32,000 bases of DNA, taken from assembly GCF_000039765.1 (NCBI RefSeq), contig NC_004459.3:2926104-2958103 (forward strand), read 5' to 3'. The notes under the pieces were generated by a model. That model was given only the letters and a program-made list of their open reading frames with translations, was not told the origin of the DNA and did not search any database. This DNA is from Vibrio vulnificus CMCP6 (GTDB taxonomy: Bacteria; Pseudomonadota; Gammaproteobacteria; Enterobacterales; Vibrionaceae). A program made the position numbers and the translations under genes. Shown piece by piece: positions 10,101 through 19,891 of the stretch (its first letter is position 1; every line of letters begins with the position of its first letter).

Positions 10101-10118
10101 TGTACAAAATTTTTTACA
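10101..10118. promoter_or_regulatory. Putative TyrR box upstream of the NSS transporter
   Basis: TGTACA-AAATTT-TTTACA against the strong-box consensus TGTAAA-N6-TTTACA: 11 of 12 defined positions match. Confidence 0.55.
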
Positions 10119-10389
10119 CACGAACATTGTTCGCTTGACGTCATCCTGCTAGCAAGTAAAACAGTTTAAGAATAAAATTGGAAGCCCGAACAGTCTATTT
10201 TCCCACCTTATCTTTCATTATCGCGATTAAGTGCTGATTTTTTAGCCACAAACACCTCATCAACCTTAATTCTACAAAATCTTTACAACTTTTCGCTATA
10301 TGAACTCGGTTCTCTATTGAGGCTGCTATTTCTAATTTTTCTATTTCAGCTTACTATCTGAATCGTTTACTAGTTTCTACGAGATAGCG

Positions 10390-11844
10390 ATGGACAAGTT
10401 CTACCATTTTCTCACCCTCGCAGGGATCGGACTTTATTGGGTCCTGATTGCTGGTGTGACGTTCCGTGTCGTGTTAAAGCGTCGTGCCGTGAGCGTTTCG
10501 CTCGCATGGCTAATGATCATTTACATTCTCCCTGTGCTGGGCGTCGCCTGCTATTTTCTGTTTGGTGAGCTAAATCTAGGCCGCAAACGAGCCGAGCGTG
10601 CCAAAGAGATGTTTGCACCCTTTGCCACTTGGTTCTCGCAACTGAATGACTGCCAAGCCCATGCGCCAGAGTCGATGGGACGCCACATCTATCGTATTGA
10701 CGAATTGTGTAATACTCGGCTGGGCTTACCCGCACTCAGCGGCAACACGCTCTCTCTGCAACGTTCGCCTGAAGAGATTCTTCATTCCGTCATTCAAGAT
10801 ATCGAAAACGCGCAAAGTAGTATTCGCATGGTGTTTTATATCTGGCATCCCGGAGGCTTAGCGGATTCTGTCGCTTCAGCGCTTATCCAAGCCGCCAAAC
10901 GAGGTGTGGATGTCAAACTGTTGCTGGATTCAGCGGGGAGTCCACGATTTTTCCGTAGCCATTGGCGTCAGATGATGGTGAACGCAGGCATTCACGTGGT
11001 ACAAGCGCTAGAAGTGAGCCCATGGCGTATTTTTCTACGTCGTCTCGATTTAAGACAACACCGAAAAATCATCGTTATCGACGATGAGATTGCCTACACA
11101 GGTTCAATGAATTTGGTCGACCCTGCCTACTTCAAACAAAGCAGCGGCGTTGGGCAATGGGTGGATATCATGGTGCGTTTGACTGGTCCAACGGTGAACG
11201 TGCTTTCCGCCATTCATTGCTGGGATTGGGAAGTCGAAACTGGACATCGCCAATTACCCAGACTGCCTGAATGCCCGTTAGACTCGACGCAATACCAAAA
11301 CCCCATTCAAGTGGTTCCATCGGGCCCCGGCATGCCAGAGAACTTGATTTCTCAAGTGTTGATTCTCGCCATCAACCAAGCGAACCACTCGGTCACGATT
11401 ACCACACCTTACTTTGTGCCAAGCATCAATCTGCTCGACACATTAAAAATGACCGCTCAACGTGGCATTGATGTACAACTGATCATCCCACATAAAAATG
11501 ACTCCCTCATGGTGCAATGGGCTTCCCGTTCCTTTTACAGCGAGCTTATGGAAGCGGGCGTGAAGATCTTCGAATTTTACGGTGGATTGCTGCACACTAA
11601 ATCCGTTGTCATCGACCAAGAGTTTTGTCTCGTCGGGACGGTCAACATCGACATGCGCAGTTTGTGGCTCAATTTTGAAGTCACACTGGCGGTAGATGAT
11701 GAGCATTTCACCCAACAAATGCACCAATTGCAACAAAACTACAAATCGCGCGCTCATCCTGTTCATCTGAGCGAATGGAACAAACGCTCGCTTTACTCGC
11801 GCTTTTTAGAGCGACTCTACTACCTCTTTAATCCTTTGCTGTGA
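10390..11844 (+). CDS. cls: Cardiolipin synthase (PLD superfamily)
   Basis: 484 aa, two N-terminal TM segments and two HKD motifs (HRKIIVIDDEIAYTGSMNLVD; HTKSVVIDQEFCLVGTVNID). Confidence 0.95.
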   Translation: MDKFYHFLTLAGIGLYWVLIAGVTFRVVLKRRAVSVSLAWLMIIYILPVLGVACYFLFGELNLGRKRAERAKEMFAPFATWFSQLNDCQAHAPESMGRHIYRIDELCNTRLGLPALSGNTLSLQRSPEEILHSVIQDIENAQSSIRMVFYIWHPGGLADSVASALIQAAKRGVDVKLLLDSAGSPRFFRSHWRQMMVNAGIHVVQALEVSPWRIFLRRLDLRQHRKIIVIDDEIAYTGSMNLVDPAYFKQSSGVGQWVDIMVRLTGPTVNVLSAIHCWDWEVETGHRQLPRLPECPLDSTQYQNPIQVVPSGPGMPENLISQVLILAINQANHSVTITTPYFVPSINLLDTLKMTAQRGIDVQLIIPHKNDSLMVQWASRSFYSELMEAGVKIFEFYGGLLHTKSVVIDQEFCLVGTVNIDMRSLWLNFEVTLAVDDEHFTQQMHQLQQNYKSRAHPVHLSEWNKRSLYSRFLERLYYLFNPLL

Positions 11845-11867
11845 AACTCACCCACAGTGACAACTTG

Positions 11868-11894
11868 AAAACATCCTCTTGTCGGGGATGTTTT
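11868..11894 (+). terminator. Terminator after cls
   Basis: AAAACATCC-N9-GGATGTTTT followed by T. Confidence 0.7.
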
Positions 11895-11968
11895 TGCTTT
11901 GCAACCCTTGCCAAGCCTATACGCTCCATGTTTTAAATAGGGCATTCTCTCATAGACAAGGAATTAAC

Positions 11969-13177
11969 ATGTCGGAAGGCAAACAAACCAAGCTGGTCAC
12001 CGCTGGACGCGATAAAAAATGGACAAATGGCGTGGTAAACCCGCCAATTCAACGTGCGTCGACGGTGGTTTTTGACACAGTGGCAGACAAACACCACGCG
12101 ACCGTCAATCGAGCCAACAAAACACTTTTTTACGGCCGTCGTGGCACTCATACCCACTTCGCCTTTCAAGAAGCGATGACACAAATTGAGGGCGGTGCTG
12201 GCTGCGCACTTTACCCATGTGGCACCGCCGCCATTTCCAACGCGATTCTTTCCTTCGTCGAAACCGGTGATCACATTCTGATGGTCGATACCTGCTACGA
12301 ACCAACTCGCGATTTCTGCGATAAGATCATGAAAAAAATGGGGGTAGAAACCACCTATTACGATCCGATGGTTGGAGAAGGCATTCGTGAGCTCATCAAA
12401 CCCAATACCAAAGTGCTGTTTTTGGAATCTCCCGGCTCTATTACCATGGAAGTGCAAGATGTCCCTACCCTCGCACGTATTGCGCATGAGCACGGTATCA
12501 TCGTGATGTTGGATAACACGTGGGGCGCCGGTGTCAACTTCTCACCTTTCGAGCATGGTGTAGATATCTCGATTCAAGCAGCAACGAAGTACATTGTTGG
12601 CCATTCGGATGTGATGTTGGGAACCGCTGTCGCAAGCGAGCCCTATTGGGATCAGTTGCGTGAGCAAAGTTATTTGATGGGACAGTGCGTCTCACCGGAT
12701 GACGCCTACCTTGGTCTGCGTGGTCTGAGAACGATTGATGTACGTTTGCGTCAACACGAACAAGCCAGCCTAAAAGTAGCTCAATGGCTCGCAACCCGAC
12801 CAGAAGTGGACCATGTTCGCCACCCAGCATTGGAGAGCTGCCCTGGTCACGAGTTTTTTAACCGTGATTTCACTGGCGGTAATGGCCTGTTTTCTTTTGT
12901 ATTGAAGACCTCATACCCTCGTGCAACCACAGCGCTGCTCGATGGAATGAAACACTTCAGCATGGGCTATTCGTGGGGTGGATTTGAAAGCTTAATTTTG
13001 GCCAATGAACCAAAGAGTTTCTCAAGCTTACGTACTGTCGCCAATCCGAACTTTGAAGGTACCTTGATCCGCCTGCATATTGGTTTAGAAAATGTCGAAG
13101 ACCTAATTGCCGATCTCGAAGCGGGGTTTGAACGTTATAACGCATTGATTCTTGAAAGAGAAACCTCTCTTAGCTAG
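11969..13177 (+). CDS. metC: Cystathionine beta-lyase (PLP-dependent)
   Basis: PLP-lysine context [18 protein letters not shown], plus [30 protein letters not shown] at 11969 ([13 protein letters not shown]) is preceded by an AAGGAA ribosome-binding site. Confidence 0.93.
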   Translation: MSEGKQTKLVTAGRDKKWTNGVVNPPIQRASTVVFDTVADKHHATVNRANKTLFYGRRGTHTHFAFQEAMTQIEGGAGCALYPCGTAAISNAILSFVETGDHILMVDTCYEPTRDFCDKIMKKMGVETTYYDPMVGEGIRELIKPNTKVLFLESPGSITMEVQDVPTLARIAHEHGIIVMLDNTWGAGVNFSPFEHGVDISIQAATKYIVGHSDVMLGTAVASEPYWDQLREQSYLMGQCVSPDDAYLGLRGLRTIDVRLRQHEQASLKVAQWLATRPEVDHVRHPALESCPGHEFFNRDFTGGNGLFSFVLKTSYPRATTALLDGMKHFSMGYSWGGFESLILANEPKSFSSLRTVANPNFEGTLIRLHIGLENVEDLIADLEAGFERYNALILERETSLS

Positions 13178-13216
13178 CGGCGATTTACCTCATTAGGCGC
13201 TCCCCGCTATGCATAT

Positions 13217-13248
13217 AAAACAGCCCCTCATCTCTGCGGGGCTGTTTT
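13217..13248 (+). terminator. Terminator after metC
   Basis: AAAACAGCCCC-N10-GGGGCTGTTTTTT. Confidence 0.88.
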
Positions 13249-13818
13249 TTATCGATGTGCTTTACAGGGGCAATCAATTAAATGATCATCAACCATCCCG
13301 ACCGCTTGCATGAAGGCATAACAAATGGTTTCTCCAACAAACTTGAAGCCACGCTTTTTAAGAAACTTGCTGAGCGCTTTAGATTGCTCCGTGACCGCGG
13401 GCACTTCATCCATTGATTGCCATTGGTTAACAATCGGCTGATGGTCGACAAACGACCACAAAGCGTTAGACAGTGAACCAAACTCTTCTTGAAGCGCCAA
13501 TGCAGCGCGTGCATTACTAAACACCGACGCAATTTTCCCACGATGTTTCACCACATCGTACTGAGCGATGATCTCCTCAACTCTTTGCTCTCCCTGTTGC
13601 GCGAGTCGTTTGAGGTCATAGCCTTCAAATGCCTCTCGATAACCTTGACGCTTTTTCAGAATCGTAATCCAACTCAATCCTGCCTGTGCACCTTCTAACG
13701 TCATGAACTCAAAAAGTACGGTGTCGTCGTAAACAGGCTTACCCCATTCCGAATCATGATATTCACGTTCTAAAGGGTGATTCATCGCCCACGCACATGT
13801 TTTTTGTTCTGCCATCAT
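13249..13818 (-). CDS. tag: DNA-3-methyladenine glycosylase I
   Basis: 189 aa, family features CAWAMNHPLEREYHDSEWGKPVYDD and VGETICYAFMQAVGMVDDH. Confidence 0.94.
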   Translation of the reverse strand: MMAEQKTCAWAMNHPLEREYHDSEWGKPVYDDTVLFEFMTLEGAQAGLSWITILKKRQGYREAFEGYDLKRLAQQGEQRVEEIIAQYDVVKHRGKIASVFSNARAALALQEEFGSLSNALWSFVDHQPIVNQWQSMDEVPAVTEQSKALSKFLKKRGFKFVGETICYAFMQAVGMVDDHLIDCPCKAHR

Positions 13819-13831
13819 CTAATTCCTTATA

Positions 13832-13858
13832 AAAACGCCCTCACAAGGTGAAGGCGTT
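13832..13858 (-). terminator. Terminator of the RND efflux operon
   Basis: AAACGCC-c-TCAC-aag-GTGA-a-GGCGTTT; read on the minus strand it ends in a T run. Confidence 0.75.
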
Positions 13859-13878
13859 TAGATTCCTAGGCCGATTAA

Positions 13879-16800
13879 TTATTTCGGCACCGCCACTTTG
13901 TGGAAGAGACGATACAACACTGGCACGACAATCAGTGTCAGGATTGTCGCAAAACCCAGACCAAACATGATGGTGACTGCCATCGGCTTAAAGAAAATGT
14001 CGGGTAACAGAGGCACCATGCCCAGAATCGTGGTGATCGCCGCCATACAGACTGGGCGAACACGGCTCAACGCAGCATCCACAACCGCAACATACGGATC
14101 TTTGCCTGACTTCATCTCTATTTCGATCTGATCAAGCAATACGATACCGTTTTTCAACAGCATGCCAGACAAGCTTAAGAAGCCGAGTAACGCCATAAAA
14201 CCAAATGGCGTATTGAGCGCTAACAAGCCAGTTGTTACCCCAATCACCGCTAGAGGCACCGTCAGCCAAACGATCAATGGCTCTTTCACTGAGTTAAACA
14301 AGAACACAGTGATCAAGAACATAAACAGGTAACCCATCGGCATGGTGGTAAAGAGCGACGCTTGTGCATCACGAGAGGATTCATATTCCCCACCCCATTC
14401 CAGAGAGTAACCTGGTGGCAGTTGAATGGCTTCGATTTGTGGCATCAAACGTTTCTGTAACGTTGACGCGGTCTCTTCACCAAGAATGTCAGGGTCAGCC
14501 ATCACCGTCAGCACGCGTTTGCGGTTCTTACGCACAATAATTGGGTCTTCCCAAAGCAATTCATAGCCTAACGTCACCTGTTGAAGAGGAATGAATTCGC
14601 TTAACGCCGGGCTCCAAATTTTCATCCCTTCGATATTACGAATATCCACACGCTCTTCATCTGGTAAACGGGCAACGATCGGCATTAACGTCGTGCCATC
14701 ACGATAAATACCAATCGCCATTCCCGAAAACGACATGGCAAGGAAATCGTCCACATCCGACTTTGTGATGCCGTAACGTCTAGCTTGGCTTTCGTTAAAC
14801 TGTGGCTCAAGCACTTTGGTACGTTCACGCCAGTCGTGGCGAACGTTGGTTGCCCCTGCATCGGCGTACATGATATCCATCACCTGAGCGGCAATTGAAC
14901 GCAATACCGTTGGATCCGAACCGATGATGCGCGCTTCGATCTTCGCACCACCGCCTGGACCTAACTCAATTTGCTTCAATTTGTAGTTGATCTCAGGGAA
15001 GTTCTCTTTGACATGCTGGCGGAATTTCGCCATCAAAGGATCAAGGGCTTCATAGCTGGTGACACGCGTAGTAATTTCACCATACGCGGCATAGCTCTTC
15101 TCTGGTGCGTAGGTCAGCATGAAACGCTGCAAACCCTTACCCGCTGTGGTCGTGATGTGCTCGACATTGTCTTGTTCGGCTAACCAGCTTTCCAACGCTT
15201 TAAGCTTGGTGTTAGTCGCGCGAATGTCCGTCCCTTCCGGCAGCCAAATATCGGCTTGGAACATTGGCGTGGTCGACGATGGAAAGAATGCCTGCTTAAC
15301 CAATGTAAAGCCGTACAAACTGACGCCTAAACCCAGCACCAACACGATCATGGTCAACCAAGCTCGCTTCATACAGAACTCTAAGAAGTTCTTGTATACC
15401 ACGAAGATCATGCCGTTATACGGGTCCACTTCTTCGCCCGATTCTGACACATTCACTTTCTGGCCTTTAAAGAAAATATCGGCGAAGAAAGGCGTTAAAG
15501 AAATCGCAGTGAACCAACTCAGCATCAGAGAAATCAGCAACACGGTAAAGAGAGTGCCACAGTATTCACCTGTCGCATCTTCAGACAGACCGATAGGAGC
15601 AAACGCGGTCACCGCAATGACCGTCGCCCCAAGGAGCGGCCACTTGGTTTGCGTAACAATGTCGGTCGCGGCCTGCAGACGCGTTCGGCCTTTTTGCGTG
15701 CCAATCAATATCCCCTCAACCACCACAATGGCGTTATCCACCAGCATCCCCAGTGCGATAACCAACGCGCCGAGAGAGATACGTTGCAAGTCGATCTTGA
15801 AATACTGCATGAAGATGAAGGTACCCAGTACCGTGAGCAGCAAAATCAAACCAATCAACAGGCCAGAGCGCAAACCCATAAAGAACAAGAGGACGATAAT
15901 AACAATCGCTACTGCTTGCCCCAAACTCACCACGAATCCGCTGACCGACTTATCCACTTCCTTCGGTTGGCTATAAATCTCGGAGATATCAATGCCAACC
16001 GGTTGCTGGTATTTCAGTTCAGCTAGGCGACGGTCGAAGGATTTACCCACTTCCACCACGTTGACACCTTGTGCAAAAGAAACCCCGACGTTCAACGCCA
16101 GTTTGCCATTGAAGTTGATGATGTTGTTCGGCACTTCAACGTAGCCACGTTTGATATCGGCCACATCGCGAAGATAGATCAATCCCTGAGCTCCGCTCTC
16201 GGTAATAATGAGATCGCCCAACTGATCGACGTTTTGGAACTCACCCGTAGGATGGATACGGATGTATTCATCGCCAATTCGGATCGCACCAGCGTCAGAC
16301 ACCACGTTTTGCGTCGAAAGCAGGTTAAAGACCGTGTTTGGTGAAATACCTAAGCTACTTAAACGCTTCATCGATATCTCGATAAACACTTGCTCTTGCT
16401 GTTGTCCAGTGACGGAAACTTTGCTGACCCCATCGACCAGTTCAAGCTCACGCCTTAAATAATCGACATAATCCAGCAGTTCTTTATAACTGTAACCATC
16501 GCCTGTGACTGCAAGTAAAATCCCGTACACATCACCAAAGTCATCAATCACTTGCGGGTCATTCACTCCGGGAGGAAGCTGACCTTTAAGGTCGTTGACT
16601 TTACGACGCAGTTCATCCCAGATTTGTGGCAGATCATCCGGACCATAATTGTTTTTCATGGTCACAGTGATTTGAGATAACCCGCGGCTGGAAATGGAGT
16701 TAACCTCATCCACATAAGTTAATTGCTGAATCGCTTTCTCAAGCGGATAAGTCACCTCTTCTTCAACCTGCTGAGGTGTGGCACCCGGATAGGAAGTCAC

Positions 16801-16986
16801 CACCATTGCGTCTTTGATGGTAAAGGCCGGATCTTCTAAACGACCTAAACCAAAAAACGCAGCCACCCCACCAATCAAAAAGATCAGCGAAATCATCCAA
16901 CTAATCACACGATTTCGAATAAAATACGCTGCGACGCCCGTTACTTCATCATCGCTTTGAGGCGACACTACTGGTTTATCACTCAT
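13879..16986 (-). CDS. vexK: RND efflux pump permease (AcrB/HAE1-type; VexK/VmeI-like)
   Basis: 1035 aa with characteristic RND sequence (TSYPGATPQQVEEEVTYPLEKAIQQL, LGALVIALGMLVDNAIVVVEGI, RPVCMAAITTILGMVPLL). Third gene of an operon with two adaptors next to psp-sap, an order I recall for V. cholerae vexIJK. Confidence 0.85.
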   Translation of the reverse strand: MSDKPVVSPQSDDEVTGVAAYFIRNRVISWMISLIFLIGGVAAFFGLGRLEDPAFTIKDAMVVTSYPGATPQQVEEEVTYPLEKAIQQLTYVDEVNSISSRGLSQITVTMKNNYGPDDLPQIWDELRRKVNDLKGQLPPGVNDPQVIDDFGDVYGILLAVTGDGYSYKELLDYVDYLRRELELVDGVSKVSVTGQQQEQVFIEISMKRLSSLGISPNTVFNLLSTQNVVSDAGAIRIGDEYIRIHPTGEFQNVDQLGDLIITESGAQGLIYLRDVADIKRGYVEVPNNIINFNGKLALNVGVSFAQGVNVVEVGKSFDRRLAELKYQQPVGIDISEIYSQPKEVDKSVSGFVVSLGQAVAIVIIVLLFFMGLRSGLLIGLILLLTVLGTFIFMQYFKIDLQRISLGALVIALGMLVDNAIVVVEGILIGTQKGRTRLQAATDIVTQTKWPLLGATVIAVTAFAPIGLSEDATGEYCGTLFTVLLISLMLSWFTAISLTPFFADIFFKGQKVNVSESGEEVDPYNGMIFVVYKNFLEFCMKRAWLTMIVLVLGLGVSLYGFTLVKQAFFPSSTTPMFQADIWLPEGTDIRATNTKLKALESWLAEQDNVEHITTTAGKGLQRFMLTYAPEKSYAAYGEITTRVTSYEALDPLMAKFRQHVKENFPEINYKLKQIELGPGGGAKIEARIIGSDPTVLRSIAAQVMDIMYADAGATNVRHDWRERTKVLEPQFNESQARRYGITKSDVDDFLAMSFSGMAIGIYRDGTTLMPIVARLPDEERVDIRNIEGMKIWSPALSEFIPLQQVTLGYELLWEDPIIVRKNRKRVLTVMADPDILGEETASTLQKRLMPQIEAIQLPPGYSLEWGGEYESSRDAQASLFTTMPMGYLFMFLITVFLFNSVKEPLIVWLTVPLAVIGVTTGLLALNTPFGFMALLGFLSLSGMLLKNGIVLLDQIEIEMKSGKDPYVAVVDAALSRVRPVCMAAITTILGMVPLLPDIFFKPMAVTIMFGLGFATILTLIVVPVLYRLFHKVAVPK

Positions 16987-18064
16987 TGTTCGCCTCCTGA
17001 GAAATCACATTCACTTTAATGCCGTCGCGCAGTCGTGCGATACCCGCCACCACCACTTGCTCTGAATGCGTTAGCCCCTCAATAATTTGCGCACTCTCTT
17101 TCGACGCTTTACCTACAACGACTTGACGTTTGCTAACGCTATTGTCCGCGTTTAACACCCAAACAAATTTTTTCTCTCGATTCAGCTCATCCCCATCGGC
17201 ATTAAAAATGGCCTCAATCGGTACACGAATACCCGAGTTCAACTCCAGCCCGACCCCTTCTCCTCGTGAAGTCACCTCAACGGCCATGCCGTCTAAGATG
17301 TACTCTTTTTCCGGCATCGGCATGGTCAGCGTGACCGTAAAGGTGCCTGTTTTTGGATCGGGCTCTGTGGTGAACTCTTTGATTTTTGCCGAGTACTCAT
17401 TTCCACTGCGAACACGAACTAGGGCATCAACGTGCTCAAGCTTTTCTCTGGTGGGCTGATTGACATACAGCTGATCGGGAAGCTGAATTAAGATTTCGAC
17501 TTCATCAACACTGTGAATGTTGACCACTTGCTGCCCAACTTGAACGTTTTCAAATTGATCAACACTGACCCGTGAAATGATGCCGTCAACAGGTGCTTTT
17601 AACTGTGTAAACGAGAGACGCAGTTTTGCCAATTCAAGTTCAGCCAGTGCAATTTGGCGCTGCGCAGCGATCTCATCAAACTGAGATTTTGCCAGTAACC
17701 CTTTTTTCACCAGCGGCTCCGAGCGCTTAAACTGGCTATCCACTACCGAGAACCTTGCTTGCGCGTTATCCACGTCTAAGCGGTAATCAGTGGGGTCAAG
17801 TTCAGCAATCACATCGCCTTTTTTTATCCTATCCCCTTCTTTGACGTATAAGCTCCTGACTTCTCCAGCGACTCGAAAACTGAGGTGAGAACGTTCTGCA
17901 GCGTTTGCTACAGCAGGGAAATAGAGGCTGTCGATCATCTCTTCGTCAGTCAACGAGACAATTTTGACATTTGGGTCAGCCATAGCGGCTGGCTGATTTT
18001 GTTGCCCACATCCGGCTAACAGTAAAGCGGCGGACAACGCGGTTAAACCAATCCATTTATTCAC
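16979..18064 (-). CDS. vexJ: RND efflux periplasmic adaptor lipoprotein (second adaptor)
   Basis: HlyD/MFP architecture (RVKEGDRIKKGDVIAELDPTDY-type lipoyl domain, LKAPVDGIISRV) with lipobox LLLAGC. The ORF extends to GTG 18094, but GTG 18064 (VNKWIGLTALSAALLLAGC) fits a signal peptide better. The 3' end overlaps the RND gene by 8 nt. Confidence 0.8.
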   Translation of the reverse strand: MNKWIGLTALSAALLLAGCGQQNQPAAMADPNVKIVSLTDEEMIDSLYFPAVANAAERSHLSFRVAGEVRSLYVKEGDRIKKGDVIAELDPTDYRLDVDNAQARFSVVDSQFKRSEPLVKKGLLAKSQFDEIAAQRQIALAELELAKLRLSFTQLKAPVDGIISRVSVDQFENVQVGQQVVNIHSVDEVEILIQLPDQLYVNQPTREKLEHVDALVRVRSGNEYSAKIKEFTTEPDPKTGTFTVTLTMPMPEKEYILDGMAVEVTSRGEGVGLELNSGIRVPIEAIFNADGDELNREKKFVWVLNADNSVSKRQVVVGKASKESAQIIEGLTHSEQVVVAGIARLRDGIKVNVISQEANNE

Positions 18065-18065
18065 G

Positions 18066-19106
18066 TTATAGCCCTCGCTCTTTAACCCATTCACGAACTT
18101 TTATCCCTGACTCGATACCACTGACACCAGAAATAATGATTTGGTCACCATCATTGAGACCATTAACCACTTCGCGCTTGTCGTTAAGCTCCACTTCCGC
18201 GAGCTCAACAATGCTCTGATCATTCACTCGCCAAACATACTTTTTCTCATCTTGCTTAAAGATGGCAGAGGTAGGGATTTGTGTGGCAGATTGAGATTTG
18301 GCACTCACGTGGACACTACCAGCCATACCGGGGAGCACCCCAAGATCGGCAGGACGCTCCATGATCATAGTGACTTTATAACTGCCGGTTTTGGTATCCG
18401 CTTCGGTATCGATTTCTTGGAAGCGCAGGGGGAATTCGCTCCCTGGGAATGCGTCAAAACGCATCACCGCGTTCGGCTCAACACCCTGAGAGAAACGGCC
18501 CAATAGATGATCTGGCAATTGGAAAATCACCTTCATCAATTGATTGGTTTGGATATTCATTACGCCTTGTTTGGCCGCAACGTATTCGTGATTTTCAGCT
18601 GGAATAAGAGAAATGGTGCCATCATAAGGTGCAATCAGCTTAGTGTAACGAAGGTTGGCCTCAGCTTGCTCTAACGTAGCGCGCGCAGAGTTGTGGTTGG
18701 CTTGTGCTTGATCGAAGTCTTGCTCAGAGACCACCTTATCGGCGCGAAGCTTTTTGTAGCGCTCATATTGCACATCCGCCAGTTTAAAATTCGCTCTCGC
18801 TTGTTTTGCCAGCAACGCGTACTCATCTGGGTTCAAGGTGGCTAAAACCTGCCCTTTTGTCACTCTTTGACCTGCAGTAACATCAATGGTCTGCAATTGT
18901 CCAGGGACACGAAATGTTAAAACTGCCTTATCACCCGCTTCAGAAACAGCAGGAAAAGTTCGTTCAAATTTGGCGTCACCCACCGACACCGTGAATAACT
19001 TGGCAGGCCGCGAATCAGGCTCGGGAATAGGAGGAAGCTCTCGACCACATCCTCCCAATGCTGTGGCGACAGCAAGAAAAACCAATGCTTTTCTCATGGT
19101 TATCAT
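18066..19106 (-). CDS. vexI: RND efflux periplasmic adaptor lipoprotein (first adaptor)
   Basis: MFP family (VTAGQRVTKGQVLATLNPDEY, LIAPYDGTISLI), signal peptide and lipobox ALGGC. Translation may start at ATG 19106 or ATG 19097. Confidence 0.8.
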   Translation of the reverse strand: MITMRKALVFLAVATALGGCGRELPPIPEPDSRPAKLFTVSVGDAKFERTFPAVSEAGDKAVLTFRVPGQLQTIDVTAGQRVTKGQVLATLNPDEYALLAKQARANFKLADVQYERYKKLRADKVVSEQDFDQAQANHNSARATLEQAEANLRYTKLIAPYDGTISLIPAENHEYVAAKQGVMNIQTNQLMKVIFQLPDHLLGRFSQGVEPNAVMRFDAFPGSEFPLRFQEIDTEADTKTGSYKVTMIMERPADLGVLPGMAGSVHVSAKSQSATQIPTSAIFKQDEKKYVWRVNDQSIVELAEVELNDKREVVNGLNDGDQIIISGVSGIESGIKVREWVKERGL

Positions 19107-19193
19107 CCTGTTAGAAAATGTTCTCTATACCTTAGATGAAACTATGATTTTGTTCCAGTTAACAGCTTTGTAAATATCTGAAATTTAATAAAA

Positions 19194-19220
19194 TGAGAGC
19201 AAGGTTAAACCTTGCTCTCA
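19194..19220 (-). terminator. Terminator of the pspABC operon
   Basis: TGAGAGCAAGGTT-A-AACCTTGCTCTCA, a 27-nt near-perfect palindrome followed on the minus strand by TTTTATT. Confidence 0.75.
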
Positions 19221-19260
19221 TGAAAATTGCCCAAGAAGGATTATTTTTACTAAAACAAAC

Positions 19261-19650
19261 TTAAAGTTTGTTAAATTCGCGGTTCACTTTGAAGGTATCG
19301 GAAGTGACATACGCTTCCATATCACGCACTTTGTTTTCAATTCGATTGAAATCCGCTTCAAGGATCGCCAACAAGGATTCCGCCGTTTGCCCTTGCTGCC
19401 AAGGTTTGGCTTTGAGCTTATGGTCATGACGCATTTTTAAATCCTCTTGGTACTGGATTGGTTGCTTTTCCAACATAAATGTCAGGGCAACGTACGCCAG
19501 AATAACCAGAAAACTTCCGCCTAACAGCGCTGCAGAAATCACTAGGATTCGAATCAACCAAACTTCAATGGCCAAGTAGTTTGCAATACCCGCGCAGACA
19601 CCACTCAATTTGCCGTTGACTGGGTCACGGTAGAGCTCTCGACTATTCAT
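19261..19650 (-). CDS. pspC: Phage shock protein C (PspC-domain membrane protein)
   Basis: MNSRELYRDPVNGKLSGVCAGIANYLAIEVWLIRILVI PspC signature. Start overlaps the end of pspB. Confidence 0.92.
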   Translation of the reverse strand: MNSRELYRDPVNGKLSGVCAGIANYLAIEVWLIRILVISAALLGGSFLVILAYVALTFMLEKQPIQYQEDLKMRHDHKLKAKPWQQGQTAESLLAILEADFNRIENKVRDMEAYVTSDTFKVNREFNKL

Positions 19651-19876
19651 AGCGACGTCTCCAATTGGGGTTTTCCGCATCGAGGATACGTTCCAAGGTG
19701 TCTATGCGTGATTGAAGCTTTTCCGCTTGACCGGACAAAGACTCCAACTTCTGCAAATCTATGTCCGACAAACCGCTACCTACTTTGCGCTGACTGCGAT
19801 AGTGAAGAAATAGCCACAGTGGTGCGACAAAAATCAGAAATACGATTAATGGCCCTGCAATCATAAATGTCGTCAT
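19643..19876 (-). CDS. pspB: Phage shock protein B
   Basis: 77 aa, N-terminal TM and coiled coil (LWLFLHYRSQRKVGSGLSDIDLQKLESLSGQAEKLQSRIDTLERILDAENPNWRRR). Confidence 0.93.
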   Translation of the reverse strand: MTTFMIAGPLIVFLIFVAPLWLFLHYRSQRKVGSGLSDIDLQKLESLSGQAEKLQSRIDTLERILDAENPNWRRRYE

Positions 19877-19891
19877 AGATGGCTCCTTTGC

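Noticed and set aside
11933-12493. 186-aa minus-strand ORF antisense to metC
   Set aside because: Shadow ORF of a conserved PLP enzyme; no recognisable domain or initiation signal.
15119-15976. 285-aa plus-strand ORF inside the RND pump gene
   Set aside because: Antisense to a well-supported 1035-aa RND permease; low-complexity, unrecognisable protein and no evident ribosome-binding site. Long antisense ORFs are expected by chance opposite codon-biased genes.
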